In this document: positions 53,909-63,900 of the stretch, in pieces
Numbering within the stretch: position 1 is the stretch's first letter
Layout of the letters: each line of letters opens with the position of its first letter
Virus record (IMG/VR): IMGVR_UViG_3300018424_007835
Location: 32,001 to 96,000 of that record
Length of the DNA stretch: 64,000 nucleotides
Origin: a virus
Strand: one strand, 5' to 3'
Notes under the pieces: model-generated
Told to the model about the DNA's origin: nothing
Seen by the model: only the letters and a program-made list of their open reading frames with translations
Database searches by the model: none
Made by a program: the position numbers and the translations under genes

Positions 53909-54153
53909 TGTACGACTCAGATTCTATTGAAGACGATTTATATGAGCAGGCCCCTGACAAGTTGTATACGTCTAGGGACCGTCAAACGTGGTATGCGTGT
54001 TATGATGACGAGTTGTGTTTGTTGACAAATGCTGGCGGGGAGCTTAAAGCTTACTGCTATGATTCGAAGCCAGAGTATCGTGATATTCGTTCTAAGATTA
54101 TTGAAGCTTACAACTTGAGGCGGTCGAAGGTTATTGAGTATGAAGAATATTGA
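53905..54153 (+). CDS. Hypothetical protein
   Basis: 82 aa, ATGA overlap. Confidence 0.6.
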   Translation: MMYDSDSIEDDLYEQAPDKLYTSRDRQTWYACYDDELCLLTNAGGELKAYCYDSKPEYRDIRSKIIEAYNLRRSKVIEYEEY

Positions 54154-56083
54154 TGAGTATTCTATAACTCTGTTTGATGACTGGTTGCATGAGAATCGTA
54201 ACGATACCGCCGACTTGGGTAATGTAACGCTTGTTCGCTCTGATGAGCAGTTTGGCGATTTTAGTGACTGGCTGCTGAAGGGCAAGCGCCCCCTGGCCTA
54301 TGACATTGAGGCTAGCGGCCTTGATACTTATTCTCCGCACTGGGTTATTAAGTCTATTCAGTGGGGTGACTGTGATGACGCTTGGGTGTTCATTTGGGGC
54401 GATCCCTGGTTTCAGCGGTCTATTGACATTGTCATGGAACGCACGGATTATCGGCTGCTTGCCCATAATGCCACCTTTGATGCGTTGGGGCTGGATCGTC
54501 ATGGGCACGTTGATGCCCTTGATATTTTGGCTAGAACTTTTGATACGAAGATTTTGTCACATTTGGCTGATCCGAGGAGCCGGGTTGAGGGTGGCGTAGG
54601 GCATGGTCTGAAGAACTTGGCTGCGCATCATGTTGATAAGTCGGCACCGGATTCTGACGCTGCTTTGAAGCAGATCTTCAAGGAGCATAAGTGGTCTAAC
54701 AAAGAGGGGTGGAAGAACATTCCTGCGGCTCATCCCACGTTGGTACAGTATGCTGGTATGGATGTTATTCTGACTGCCCGTCTTTTCCCTAAGCTTCGTG
54801 ATGAGATTAAGCGGAAGACAATGGATCATTTGGTTAAGTATGAGCATCAGATTTTGATGCTGGTCGCTGCTATGGAGCGTCGGGGTATGCGTATTGATAT
54901 TGATTATGCCCGTAAGCTGATTCGTGACATGACTGTGGATGAGAAGAACCATATTGAGATTGTTCAGGGCTTGGGTGTTGAGAATCATAATGCCACTAAG
55001 GATGTGGCTGAGGGGCTTCGCTCTTTGGGGGTGCGCCTAACTGAGGTTACGCCGACTGGTGCAACTAAGGTTGATAAAACTATTTTGGATGAGATTCGTG
55101 CGGATGAGTCTGCTGATCCTCGTGCCCGCATGCTGGCGGAGTCTGTGACGGCTGCGAAAAACTCCGCAAAGTGGCGTGATTCGTATGTTACTGCTTCATT
55201 GGAGACAATGGACGCCAATGGCCGGGTTCATCCGAAGATCAATAGTTTGCAGGCCCGTACTGGGAGGATGTCAATAAATAACCCACCGTTGCAGCAGCTG
55301 CCCTCTGGGGGGGATGCTATACGTCGTATGTTTTTGGCTGAGGAGGGGTGCCGTATGGCATCTATTGACTTTTCAGGCGTGGAGCTTCGTGTTCTTGCTG
55401 CACTATCTCAAGATCCGGTTATGCTGAAGGTTTTCAGCGAGGGGCTAGATTTGCACCAAACCACCGCTGACAGCACGGGCGTGTCTAGGAAGGTCGCCAA
55501 GACGGTTAATTTTGGCAAGGTGTATGGTGCTGGGCCCAAGACCTTGGCACGTCAGTCTGGGTTGAGCGTGGAGGATGCTCAGAAGGTGTGTGACCTTTTT
55601 GATGACACTTACAAGGGTGTGACCTCGTTTGCCCATCAGCTAGCCTTCCCCATCAAGAAAGGTGAGCGAACTTTTGTAGTTACCCACACTGGTAGGAAGC
55701 TTCCTGTGGATGCTGAGCGACCATATGCGGCTTTGAACTACTGTATCCAGTCTACTGCCCGTGATGTGTTGGGTCGTGCTATGATTAAAGTACACGAGGC
55801 GGGGTTGTGGGATTATGCGGTACTCCCGATCCACGATGAGATTCTGTTTTCCTTCCCCGAGAAGGACGCTGAGGAGTTGTGCCGTCAAGCTGGGGTTGTC
55901 ATGGAGATGGTTTTAAAGGATGTGCATATTTCGACTGAACCTGACCTGGGGGGAGGGTCGTGGGGTACGTTATATACAGCGGGTGAGCACGAGGTGATTG
56001 AGTTGACCGATCAGGATCGCATGAAGTACGGCGACACTCATCTTGTTGAACATTTGTTTACGTCACCTAAGTTTGAATTTTGA
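54140..56083 (+). CDS. polA: Family A DNA polymerase (3'-5' exonuclease + polymerase, no 5'-3' exonuclease)
   Basis: YDIEASG, HNATFD, YAGMD; TGRMS..PPLQQLP; motifs DFSGVELR, RKVAKTVNFGKVYG, IHDEI. Confidence 0.95.
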   Translation: MKNIDEYSITLFDDWLHENRNDTADLGNVTLVRSDEQFGDFSDWLLKGKRPLAYDIEASGLDTYSPHWVIKSIQWGDCDDAWVFIWGDPWFQRSIDIVMERTDYRLLAHNATFDALGLDRHGHVDALDILARTFDTKILSHLADPRSRVEGGVGHGLKNLAAHHVDKSAPDSDAALKQIFKEHKWSNKEGWKNIPAAHPTLVQYAGMDVILTARLFPKLRDEIKRKTMDHLVKYEHQILMLVAAMERRGMRIDIDYARKLIRDMTVDEKNHIEIVQGLGVENHNATKDVAEGLRSLGVRLTEVTPTGATKVDKTILDEIRADESADPRARMLAESVTAAKNSAKWRDSYVTASLETMDANGRVHPKINSLQARTGRMSINNPPLQQLPSGGDAIRRMFLAEEGCRMASIDFSGVELRVLAALSQDPVMLKVFSEGLDLHQTTADSTGVSRKVAKTVNFGKVYGAGPKTLARQSGLSVEDAQKVCDLFDDTYKGVTSFAHQLAFPIKKGERTFVVTHTGRKLPVDAERPYAALNYCIQSTARDVLGRAMIKVHEAGLWDYAVLPIHDEILFSFPEKDAEELCRQAGVVMEMVLKDVHISTEPDLGGGSWGTLYTAGEHEVIELTDQDRMKYGDTHLVEHLFTSPKFEF

Positions 56084-56156
56084 GGCGAGATTACTCCCAC
56101 AATTTGAAGTTTAAACACAAAATTTGTTAATTACTCACAAAAGTGCTGGCAAATAC

Positions 56157-56185
56157 TTGCAATTTGTCCAGAAGTGTAGTATACT
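56157..56185 (+). promoter_or_regulatory. Sigma70-type promoter of the sigma factor gene
   Basis: TTGCAA-N17-TATACT with AT-rich upstream region. Confidence 0.75.
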
Positions 56186-56256
56186 TACTACTTATTCCCC
56201 CACCAAATCAGACTCGTGTCGCATATACACGCAGTCTTTAACATAAAGGAGCAATA

Positions 56257-57183
56257 GTGACAGGGTACGTTAATAGTTCCAAGCACCGGATTCTCAGCCG
56301 AGATGAAGAAGTCGTTCTGGGGCGTGCGGTACGAGCAGGACTAGCTGCCGACAAGAAACTTAATCATTCCCATATTGAGGGCATCCAGTTGACTTATCTT
56401 GAGCGCCGGAAGTTGAATGCCGACATTAAGGAGGGGAAGCGGGCCAAAGACACCTTTGTTACGCACAATCTTCGGTTGGCGATGGACACGGCAGCAAAGT
56501 ACGCTCGCTCCCAAAGCCGTCTAGAGTACGAAGATCTTATTCAAGAGGCCACGATTGGTTTAATGCGTGCGGTAGATAAGTTTGATCCCGAGAAGGGCTT
56601 CAAGTTCTCCACGTATGCGACATGGTGGTGCCGCCAAGCTTGTCAGCGGGCTATTGCTAACTTTGGGCGGGCTATACGGCTTCCCATGCATGTTGAAGCT
56701 GATGTGCGGAAGTTGGCGGCGGTGGTTGATGAGTTCAGCACCAGGCAGCATGGCTTTAGCCGAGAGGACATTGCGGACCATTTGGATTGGGATCTTGACC
56801 ACTTGGATGACATTTGGCACCATATGGAAAACAGCAGGCTGGAATCTTTGGATAATCCTCTTTCGGAGGATAGTTCGGTAACTCATGCGGACACGTTGGT
56901 GGATTACGATCAGACGCCTGTTGACGAGGAGGGGATTAGGGCTAGTTTCGCCACTGATATCTTGAAGGCGTTGTCAGTGCTGCCTGAGCGTGAGTATAAG
57001 GTGCTGATGCTTCACCACGGTTTGGGTGATAGTCCTGAGGCTATGACGTTGCAGGCTATTGGTGATATGATGGGTTTGACGAGGGAGCGTGTTCGGCAGC
57101 TTGAGGCTAAGGCGATTGCCAGGTTGAGGCATCCTTCGTCTGGTGTTGCTTGGGCGTTTACGGAGGCTTCTGAGGAAGTTTGA
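56257..57183 (+). CDS. RpoD/SigA-like sigma-70 factor
   Basis: NLRLA, DLIQEATIGLMRAVDKFDPEKGFKFSTYATWW, IRLPMH, TRERVRQLEAKA..LRHP. Confidence 0.93.
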   Translation: MTGYVNSSKHRILSRDEEVVLGRAVRAGLAADKKLNHSHIEGIQLTYLERRKLNADIKEGKRAKDTFVTHNLRLAMDTAAKYARSQSRLEYEDLIQEATIGLMRAVDKFDPEKGFKFSTYATWWCRQACQRAIANFGRAIRLPMHVEADVRKLAAVVDEFSTRQHGFSREDIADHLDWDLDHLDDIWHHMENSRLESLDNPLSEDSSVTHADTLVDYDQTPVDEEGIRASFATDILKALSVLPEREYKVLMLHHGLGDSPEAMTLQAIGDMMGLTRERVRQLEAKAIARLRHPSSGVAWAFTEASEEV

Positions 57184-57189
57184 GGGTTT

Positions 57190-57272
57190 GCCCCTGTGGC
57201 GAAATTGGCAAACGCAGCGGACTCAAAATCCGTGGCCCGTTGGGCTTGTGGGTTCGATTCCCACCAGGGGTA
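57190..57272 (+). tRNA. tRNA-Leu(CAA), CCA not encoded
   Basis: Acceptor GCCCCTG/CAGGGGT; D-loop TGGCAAAC; anticodon arm GCGGA-CTCAAAA-TCCGT; long variable arm; GGTTCGATTCC T-arm; discriminator A. Confidence 0.92.
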
Positions 57273-57277
57273 CAAAT

Positions 57278-57306
57278 TTGACATTCTAATGGTAGTGTGT
57301 TATACT
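57278..57306 (+). promoter_or_regulatory. Sigma70-type promoter
   Basis: TTGACA-N17-TATACT with TG extension. Confidence 0.85.
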
Positions 57307-57325
57307 TGTCGGGTAAAGGAGCGTT

Positions 57326-57847
57326 GTGAATATTTTTTTTGTAGATGAAAATCCTGTTGTTGCTGCTCAAAGTTTGTGTGACAAGCATCAAGGTAAAATG
57401 CTTGTAGAGAGTGTGCAAATGATGGTGTCTGCTTTGCGTAGGCATGGTGCTGCGGATGCAGATGTTCCGTTGACTGCTAAGGGGACTCCACATAAAGGGG
57501 GGTATGCTAATCATCCAAGTACTCGCTGGGTCGGTGATTCTTTAAGCAACTTTACGTGGTTGTTTGATCATTCTGTTGCTCTTGCTGATGAGTTTGCTCT
57601 TAGGTTTGGTAAGGAACATGCTTGTGCTCGCCAACTAGATGCTGTGCGTGCTTCAGCTTGTATGGTGCCGGATGTTCCGATGACGGCTGTGCCGTTGTGT
57701 GTTGGCGATGAGCTGCATGCCAAGTACGGCACCACGGCTGTTTTGTCGGAAGCAGTTGACATTTATCGTGAATTCTATATAATAGACAAAGCCAGTTTCG
57801 CTAAATGGTTGAAAGGTCGTCCTTCTCCTGATTGGTGGAATTGTTAA
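57326..57847 (+). CDS. Pyrimidine-dimer DNA glycosylase (DenV)-like protein
   Basis: MNIFFVD..P..AAQSLCDKH..KM..E..QM; NHPSTRWV; YREFY..DK..W. Confidence 0.75.
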   Translation: MNIFFVDENPVVAAQSLCDKHQGKMLVESVQMMVSALRRHGAADADVPLTAKGTPHKGGYANHPSTRWVGDSLSNFTWLFDHSVALADEFALRFGKEHACARQLDAVRASACMVPDVPMTAVPLCVGDELHAKYGTTAVLSEAVDIYREFYIIDKASFAKWLKGRPSPDWWNC

Positions 57848-57876
57848 TCTTAATGTATTAGGAGGTACTACAAAGT

Positions 57877-58077
57877 ATGGAAACCAATATTAATGTAGAC
57901 TTGCAAGCGGTTATCGCTGATTTGCTTGACCAAATTAAGCGTCTTACTGGGGACAATGCTGTTCTTCGTACCGTTGTTAGGCAGATGCAGCAGGAAGAAG
58001 AAGCTAAGGCTGCTCAAGTTTCCGCCGTTTCCCCAGACGCAGCAGAGGCCCCAAAAGGTCGAGCTAAGGCGAGCTAG
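57877..58077 (+). CDS. Small coiled-coil protein
   Basis: AGGAGG SD; VIADLLDQIKRLTGDNAVLR. Confidence 0.7.
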   Translation: METNINVDLQAVIADLLDQIKRLTGDNAVLRTVVRQMQQEEEAKAAQVSAVSPDAAEAPKGRAKAS

Positions 58078-58117
58078 TTACGCCCCCTTCGATGTATAAT
58101 ATACGTAAGGAGGGATC

Positions 58118-58462
58118 ATGGCTGCTGGTTCATACGACATGACCTGCGAGCAGGGCACAACTTTTATAAGGACGCTAACTGTCAAAAATCCAGATGGGTC
58201 ATTAAGAGACTTTACGGATTTTACCGGCAGGATGCATGTGCGTCGCAGGATTACTGATATTACACCAATTATAGAGCTGACATCAGAGAATGGGCGGTTG
58301 TCTTTAAACTCTGATGGTCAGATTGTTGTGAGTCTATCTGCGTCTGAGACAGCAGCCATGACCGATGGCGGTGTGTATGATTTAGAAATAGAAAACTCCA
58401 CTGGAGATGTCGAGCGGGTCATAGAAGGCCAGTTTAATTTCAAATTTGAGGTTACAAGATAA
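58118..58462 (+). CDS. Small beta-sandwich virion protein (BppU-N/LtfC-like)
   Basis: YDMTCEQGTTF..D(F)T.FTGRMHVR..GQIVVSLSASET..GVYDLEI..RVIEG pattern common in tail-associated proteins. Confidence 0.6.
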   Translation: MAAGSYDMTCEQGTTFIRTLTVKNPDGSLRDFTDFTGRMHVRRRITDITPIIELTSENGRLSLNSDGQIVVSLSASETAAMTDGGVYDLEIENSTGDVERVIEGQFNFKFEVTR

Positions 58463-58686
58463 TGTTTAGTTATGAAGCAGATACAACGCTTAAGGCAGCT
58501 TGGTCAACAATTGTTGAGCTACAGGAGCAGGTGTTAGACTTGAAGTCTAAGCTTATAGTTGCGGAGCAGGTGGTAAAAGAGTTAGTTTACTCAGAGGCAC
58601 AGGTTGAGCAATTCCCGCAGGAGCAGACGGAAGGTACGGAGAGTGTGCCTTTCCCCGCAGATGCTGATGTTACAGCACTTGACTGA
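58462..58686 (+). CDS. Hypothetical protein
   Basis: 74 aa, TAATG overlap. Confidence 0.6.
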   Translation: MFSYEADTTLKAAWSTIVELQEQVLDLKSKLIVAEQVVKELVYSEAQVEQFPQEQTEGTESVPFPADADVTALD

Positions 58687-58689
58687 GTT

Positions 58690-59019
58690 ATGCAGGAATT
58701 AAATTGGAACAAAGACGGCCATCGTTTACTGTTAAACATAAACAAATCGTCGCTTGATGTGGCCCCCGGCATTTGCCCAAATGGTGCAAGTGAGGGGGCC
58801 GCTTGCTATCATAGAGGCATTCAATCTTGCTTGGTTAACCACTTTATAAATGTGTTTGGATTAGAAACCAACACAGGCACCGTGGCCGCTTCAGACATTA
58901 TTGAGATTGCTTGGTGCAGCGAAGGCAATGAATGGGACATTGATTTGGTGGAGTTTTTAATGATACCAGTTAATGACCCACATTTTCATGATTGGTACAT
59001 AGGTATAACCAGCGAGTAG
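58690..59019 (+). CDS. Hypothetical Cys-containing protein
   Basis: 109 aa, in operon. Confidence 0.6.
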   Translation: MQELNWNKDGHRLLLNINKSSLDVAPGICPNGASEGAACYHRGIQSCLVNHFINVFGLETNTGTVAASDIIEIAWCSEGNEWDIDLVEFLMIPVNDPHFHDWYIGITSE

Positions 59020-59076
59020 TTGAAGAACCCTTCATAATTTCGGTAGACTTTATATGAAGGTATTTTTGGAGGAACC

Positions 59077-59382
59077 GTGGCTGAGTATGTGCTTTCGCAT
59101 CCTTTTAGAATTGACAATGATAACGGTCGCCCTGCGACTGTCTATTCGGATTCTGCAACTTACAAAGCTGAGCAGATTAATTCTATCATTCGCACAGAAA
59201 AAGATGAGCGGCCTCTGTTGGACCGTTTTGGAATGAATGATCCCACGTTCCATAGGTTTGACGCAGCAGAGTTTTTGTCGACGGTTCGACGTTTTTACGA
59301 TCAGGAAGAGTTGCTTATCACGGATATAAAAGTTAAGTCTGTCAGTGGCGTGGACGCTGATGTGTTGATTGAGTTTGAGTGA
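59077..59382 (+). CDS. Baseplate wedge protein, gp25/gpW-like
   Basis: LSHPFRI..IIRTEKDERPL..FGM; GGAGG SD; precedes the J-like gene. Confidence 0.75.
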   Translation: MAEYVLSHPFRIDNDNGRPATVYSDSATYKAEQINSIIRTEKDERPLLDRFGMNDPTFHRFDAAEFLSTVRRFYDQEELLITDIKVKSVSGVDADVLIEFE

Positions 59383-59389
59383 GGTTGCT

Positions 59390-60985
59390 GTGGCTAATTC
59401 CCCTGATGTAAGTATTTATAAGGATCTTACTATTTTTGATGAAGATCCTGTGGCGATCCTTAACACTATTCTTGAAGGTGGGCGGGCGTTGCTGCCAAAC
59501 TGGTCACCGCAGGCGGGGCAGATTGAAGTGGTCCTTGCTGAAATTTTCGCAGACCGCTCCGCTCAGGTTGTGGCCGGGATTAATAGGCTACCGTCTGCGA
59601 CTGCTGAGGTCCTGCTTCAACTGTTCGGTCTGACCCGCAGCGACGGCACCAAGGCTACCGCTAGCATAAATATTGTACAAAGCGCACTAAACACGGCGCT
59701 GCCAGCAGGGACAGAGTTTCTGTACGTTGATGCGGTGACTAATATTTCTTACATTTACACATTGGACGAGGATTTTATTGCTTCTGCGGCTAATGTTGCC
59801 CAAGCAGCCGCTGTAACGGCTTTGGACATTGGGCAGTCGTACAATGTTTCCACTGGTGGCGGCCCGTTGTCACTTCTTACGAGCAGCCCCACGTTTGTTT
59901 CGGCAGTTTTTAGCACGGACCCTTCTGGGGGTTTAAACGCTGAAACAGACGCAGAGTATTTTGACCGTGGTGTTGCGTTGCTTGCTAGTTATACAACTGC
60001 GACGACTACTGCAAATCAAATTAAGAATTATGTGGGGACGAATAAGTCGTATGCTTATCGTGTTGCTGCTTATAATCGCAGGAAGTATAGGGATCGGGAT
60101 ACGACTTCTTCTTCGTATGGTGTTCATGATGGTTATGTTTTGGTTGCTGTGGCCGGGCAGACTGATGTTGCTAGTGCAGCGGCTACTGAGGTGGTGGTGT
60201 CGGCCTCTGATTTGTTTGATTTGCATACGTCTTTAGAGGAGCGCACTCCTTCTGGTTTGTCGGTTGAGGTGATGTCTGCTGAGTTGGCGAAGGTGCATGT
60301 TACGGCGTCTGTGAAAGCGTTGGATGGTTATACTTTTAGTTCTGTTAAGGCTGCGGTTGAGGCTGCGTTGCAGGACTATCTTTCTCCTAATTCTTGGGAT
60401 TGGGAAAATCAGCGTGTCCGCCGGAATGAGATTATTTCTACGATTGATGCGGTGGAGGGTGTTGATTATGTTGATACTTTGTCTATGGACGCTGTTTCTG
60501 CTGTTGGGTCTAGTAATGTTGGGTATTACGACGTTTCGGGTGGAACAAGAACTACGGTGTCGCTGACGACTTCGGGTGTTACCGATGGGACATATGAGGC
60601 GGGCGACCTTGGTTTTTATTATGTGGATGCTCGAACCGGGCCCCCGGTGATTTATAAATTTGTGAATACGGGGCAGGTTACTGTTACGGGCGGAGCGGCT
60701 ACTGCTATCTTTGAGGCGGTGGCTGAGGGTATTAATTATAATGAGAGTGCTAACGGTGGCAAAGTTGATCGTACGGCGACGCTTATTGGTACGGGAACTG
60801 CTGCTGCAGCCCTTGGTACTGCGAGTGTGGCTGCCACCTCGTTCTTTGCTGGGGGTAGCGATAACATCAACCAGTTTACAGTTTTGAACAATGCTTCTCC
60901 GACAGCGAATGTTTCGACAGATATTGTTTTACGTAACTTAGGTACGCTGGTGACGTATGGTACGTTGACAATTACTGAGGCGTGA
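59390..60985 (+). CDS. Baseplate J-like wedge protein
   Basis: LPNWSP..LFGLTRSDGTKAT..LPAGT..GGLNAETDAEY..LQDYLSP..IISTIDAVEGVDYV. Confidence 0.85.
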   Translation: MANSPDVSIYKDLTIFDEDPVAILNTILEGGRALLPNWSPQAGQIEVVLAEIFADRSAQVVAGINRLPSATAEVLLQLFGLTRSDGTKATASINIVQSALNTALPAGTEFLYVDAVTNISYIYTLDEDFIASAANVAQAAAVTALDIGQSYNVSTGGGPLSLLTSSPTFVSAVFSTDPSGGLNAETDAEYFDRGVALLASYTTATTTANQIKNYVGTNKSYAYRVAAYNRRKYRDRDTTSSSYGVHDGYVLVAVAGQTDVASAAATEVVVSASDLFDLHTSLEERTPSGLSVEVMSAELAKVHVTASVKALDGYTFSSVKAAVEAALQDYLSPNSWDWENQRVRRNEIISTIDAVEGVDYVDTLSMDAVSAVGSSNVGYYDVSGGTRTTVSLTTSGVTDGTYEAGDLGFYYVDARTGPPVIYKFVNTGQVTVTGGAATAIFEAVAEGINYNESANGGKVDRTATLIGTGTAAAALGTASVAATSFFAGGSDNINQFTVLNNASPTANVSTDIVLRNLGTLVTYGTLTITEA

Positions 60986-60997
60986 TGGGGGGCGTGA

Positions 60998-63900
60998 ATG
61001 CCACTTAGAAATTTTAATCTTCTTAGTGCTAATCAACGTTCTTTTGGTACCGATGCTGGGTCTGACTTAGGTGGGTGGGCTTTAAGGTCGGGGGCGGCTA
61101 CTGTTGGGCGGCTTTTGGATGCGGGTGCGTATAATACGTATATTCCGGGGGATGAGTTCTCGGATGTTTACGTTAATAATTTGTTGTTTGTTCGTCCCAC
61201 TTCGGCGTCGGCTGATGTTGTTATTGAATCTCCTTTTTTGACTGTTACGCCGGGTAATGTTTATTTGGTGAGCATGGCTATTGGGTCCCTGCTTCCTAAA
61301 ACGGCGACTATTCGTATGGAATTTTACGGAACGGCTTCTACGCCTGCTGCTTCGGCGGCGGAGGGGAGCGCTGTGGCTTCTGCTGCTATTAGTACTAATA
61401 GCATTATTTTACCGTTTCAGAGGATTTATAATAGTAATGAAACTTTGTCAGATGGTGTTTGGTCCTTAAGTACTGAACCGTTGGCCAAAGTGACAATCAC
61501 GTTTGAGTCGCCTGCGGCGTCTGGGGACTTTTTCACTATTTTTGATCCTTTTGTAACAGAGGATGATCTTGCGCTGTCTGGTAATCTTTCTGGTTTAGCG
61601 TATTCGGATATGCCTAACTTTATGCAGGTGGATGATAAAAATATTAACGATCTGCTCGGGGCTCGGGGGGCACAGGCGCTAAGTTTTCCTTTAAAACGTT
61701 TCACAGAGTCGTTGTATCGACCTGTGGATTTGGTGGCTGCGGAGGCTTTAGAATTTGAGTACGTTCGACCTATTGCGGGTACTGAAAGTAAGTCTAAGCT
61801 TACTGATCCCGACACTGCCGCTTTGGGGTACCTGCCGTGGCTTGCGAGCGTTACTGGTACAACTCTTTTAACGATTGCTGGTGGAGGTATTTCTCCTTGG
61901 GCGGCGCTTGAACAAAATGATGAGGACAGAAGTGGAGACCCAGGGGAGTGGGCGGACATAGAGGCAGTTGGCAATTGGAAGGACCTAGAGGGAGTGGGTG
62001 ATGGGTTTTTTGATAACATTAAAGTCTTCAGGGATTTGATTCGCACAGGGTTCACTGGGATAAACTCGGGGCGCCCTGATACAATTGCGTCGTTTTTACA
62101 AACAGTTGTTGGTGCCGCTGAGTTTACTCCGGTCATAAAAAATAATGATAGAGACAACCCTTTCCTTGTTGAAGTTTTGGTTGACCCCGCAACTGACCTT
62201 GGTGGGACTTTCATTAAAGACTATACAGACTTTGGATTGTCTGCTGGCGCTAATTCATCAACAACTGGTAGTGTTGTGGACTCCGGTCGAGGATCTTTGG
62301 ACTTCAGTAAGCTGGTCTATCCGGCGACGCATTCTAATAATGATGCGACTGGTGCGGTTACTTATGGTAGAAGCTTTGTATCTGATGCGGATGGGTTCGC
62401 CCGCCATTTACGTCTAGTCCCTGGTGCTGCTGGGGCAGCGTCGGCGGTGCCAGAATTAGGCGGCGGTATTGCTGACGCACACTACACTGCAGGGGCTGCG
62501 TATGTGTACGGTAATACCGGCCCAACCAGCTACGGGTCAGTGACGGCATCTGTAACGGCGGTGCCTTTTGGCGGTTCCGGCAATACGCTTTCTTTGGGTG
62601 GGGTGCAGACTGAGTACGAGCTTATTTTTGTTCTTTCCGACATTACTCTTCCTACTGCGTCCATTGATGCAGCAGGCTCAGGCGGCAACACCCCCGCAGA
62701 TTGGCTTTACCGAGAAAAACGTTTGTTAGCGTGTGGTACAGACAGCGGCGGTAACGGCAACGATTGGGCCGTCTACCTTGTTTCAGGGTCTACGGGTGCT
62801 GCCGATAACCAAACTAGATTGATGCTTATTGACGGATATAACAACGTTGGGGCCACAAACTACGCTGTTTCTGATCCCATTGATTTCGGGGTAATCAGCA
62901 GTCGAGGAGATGTCGTTCTTCGGGTTAAGCGGTCTGCAGTTGAGTCAGCCTCGGCAACAGCTACTTTCTACGCACAGTCGTCTATTTATGATGACTGGGA
63001 TACTCATCAGGTTGGCGAGGTTGTGTTCCAGCCAACTTCTGCGGCAGTAGTCGCACCCGACACAAATGGCGCAATTCAAATTCTTGGGGAGTTAAACTCT
63101 AACGACAACTGGGCTGACGCAGTTCCGGTCTCTTGCAGCGTTAAGCGATTTATGTTTTTCAAGGAGTTAATTAGTTTCGCTGGGGAATCGGCCACCTCTT
63201 CGGCTGCGCACGCCTATTTTAATGGAGGATCAGCTACTAACTTTGGCGTGTACTCGTATACCCCCACGCTTGATATTGATTTCTCAGGTAGAGGTATTTA
63301 CGACAGTTCGTTCACGCTTTCGGATTATGTTGATGGTAGGCGTTCTGGGTTAACGAATACTGTGACCGTAACAGTGAATGAAGCGGCGACGAACGGGTTG
63401 GATGTGTTGGCGTTCCGTAACACTGGGACGGACTACTGGTACTATGGTACTGCTGCACCGTCTATTGCGGGTGACACTTTGACCATTGATGGTCTTTCTA
63501 ATAGTACGGCGTACAGAGTTGTGCCGACTATTGTTAACACTGGTACTGGTGCCACGTCCACTTCAGACTTTACTGATTTCACCACAGACGGCAGTGGCGT
63601 GCTTACTCTTTCAGCTTCGGCCGCTTATGTTGGGGTATCAGCCCTTTACGGAGGCATTACAGCTTCAGCTATTGAAGTGCAACCTAGTGGCGGTGGGACA
63701 GCTCTTGCCCGTTTCTTGCCTACAACTATTGCCGCAAGTGCCACAAGCGGGCCGGATAGCATTAACAGCAACAACACATGGACACTGACTCGTGCGTTCC
63801 CCGCTTCTTCAATTGCCTACGCACCAAGCCAGATTATCAACAGAGACTTTTTACATGTGTACGAAGGTGGCCCCACTTTCAACAACTGCCCCAAGATTGA

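Noticed and set aside
59054-59236. 60-aa leaderless ORF
   Set aside because: ATG is only 4 nt from the -10 box, and it overlaps the SD-led gp25-like gene out of frame
134-62549. Numerous minus-strand ORFs (e.g. 18753..19550, 28581..29342, 50928..51866, 61426..62214)
   Set aside because: All are antisense shadows of well-supported + strand genes, with no recognisable motifs
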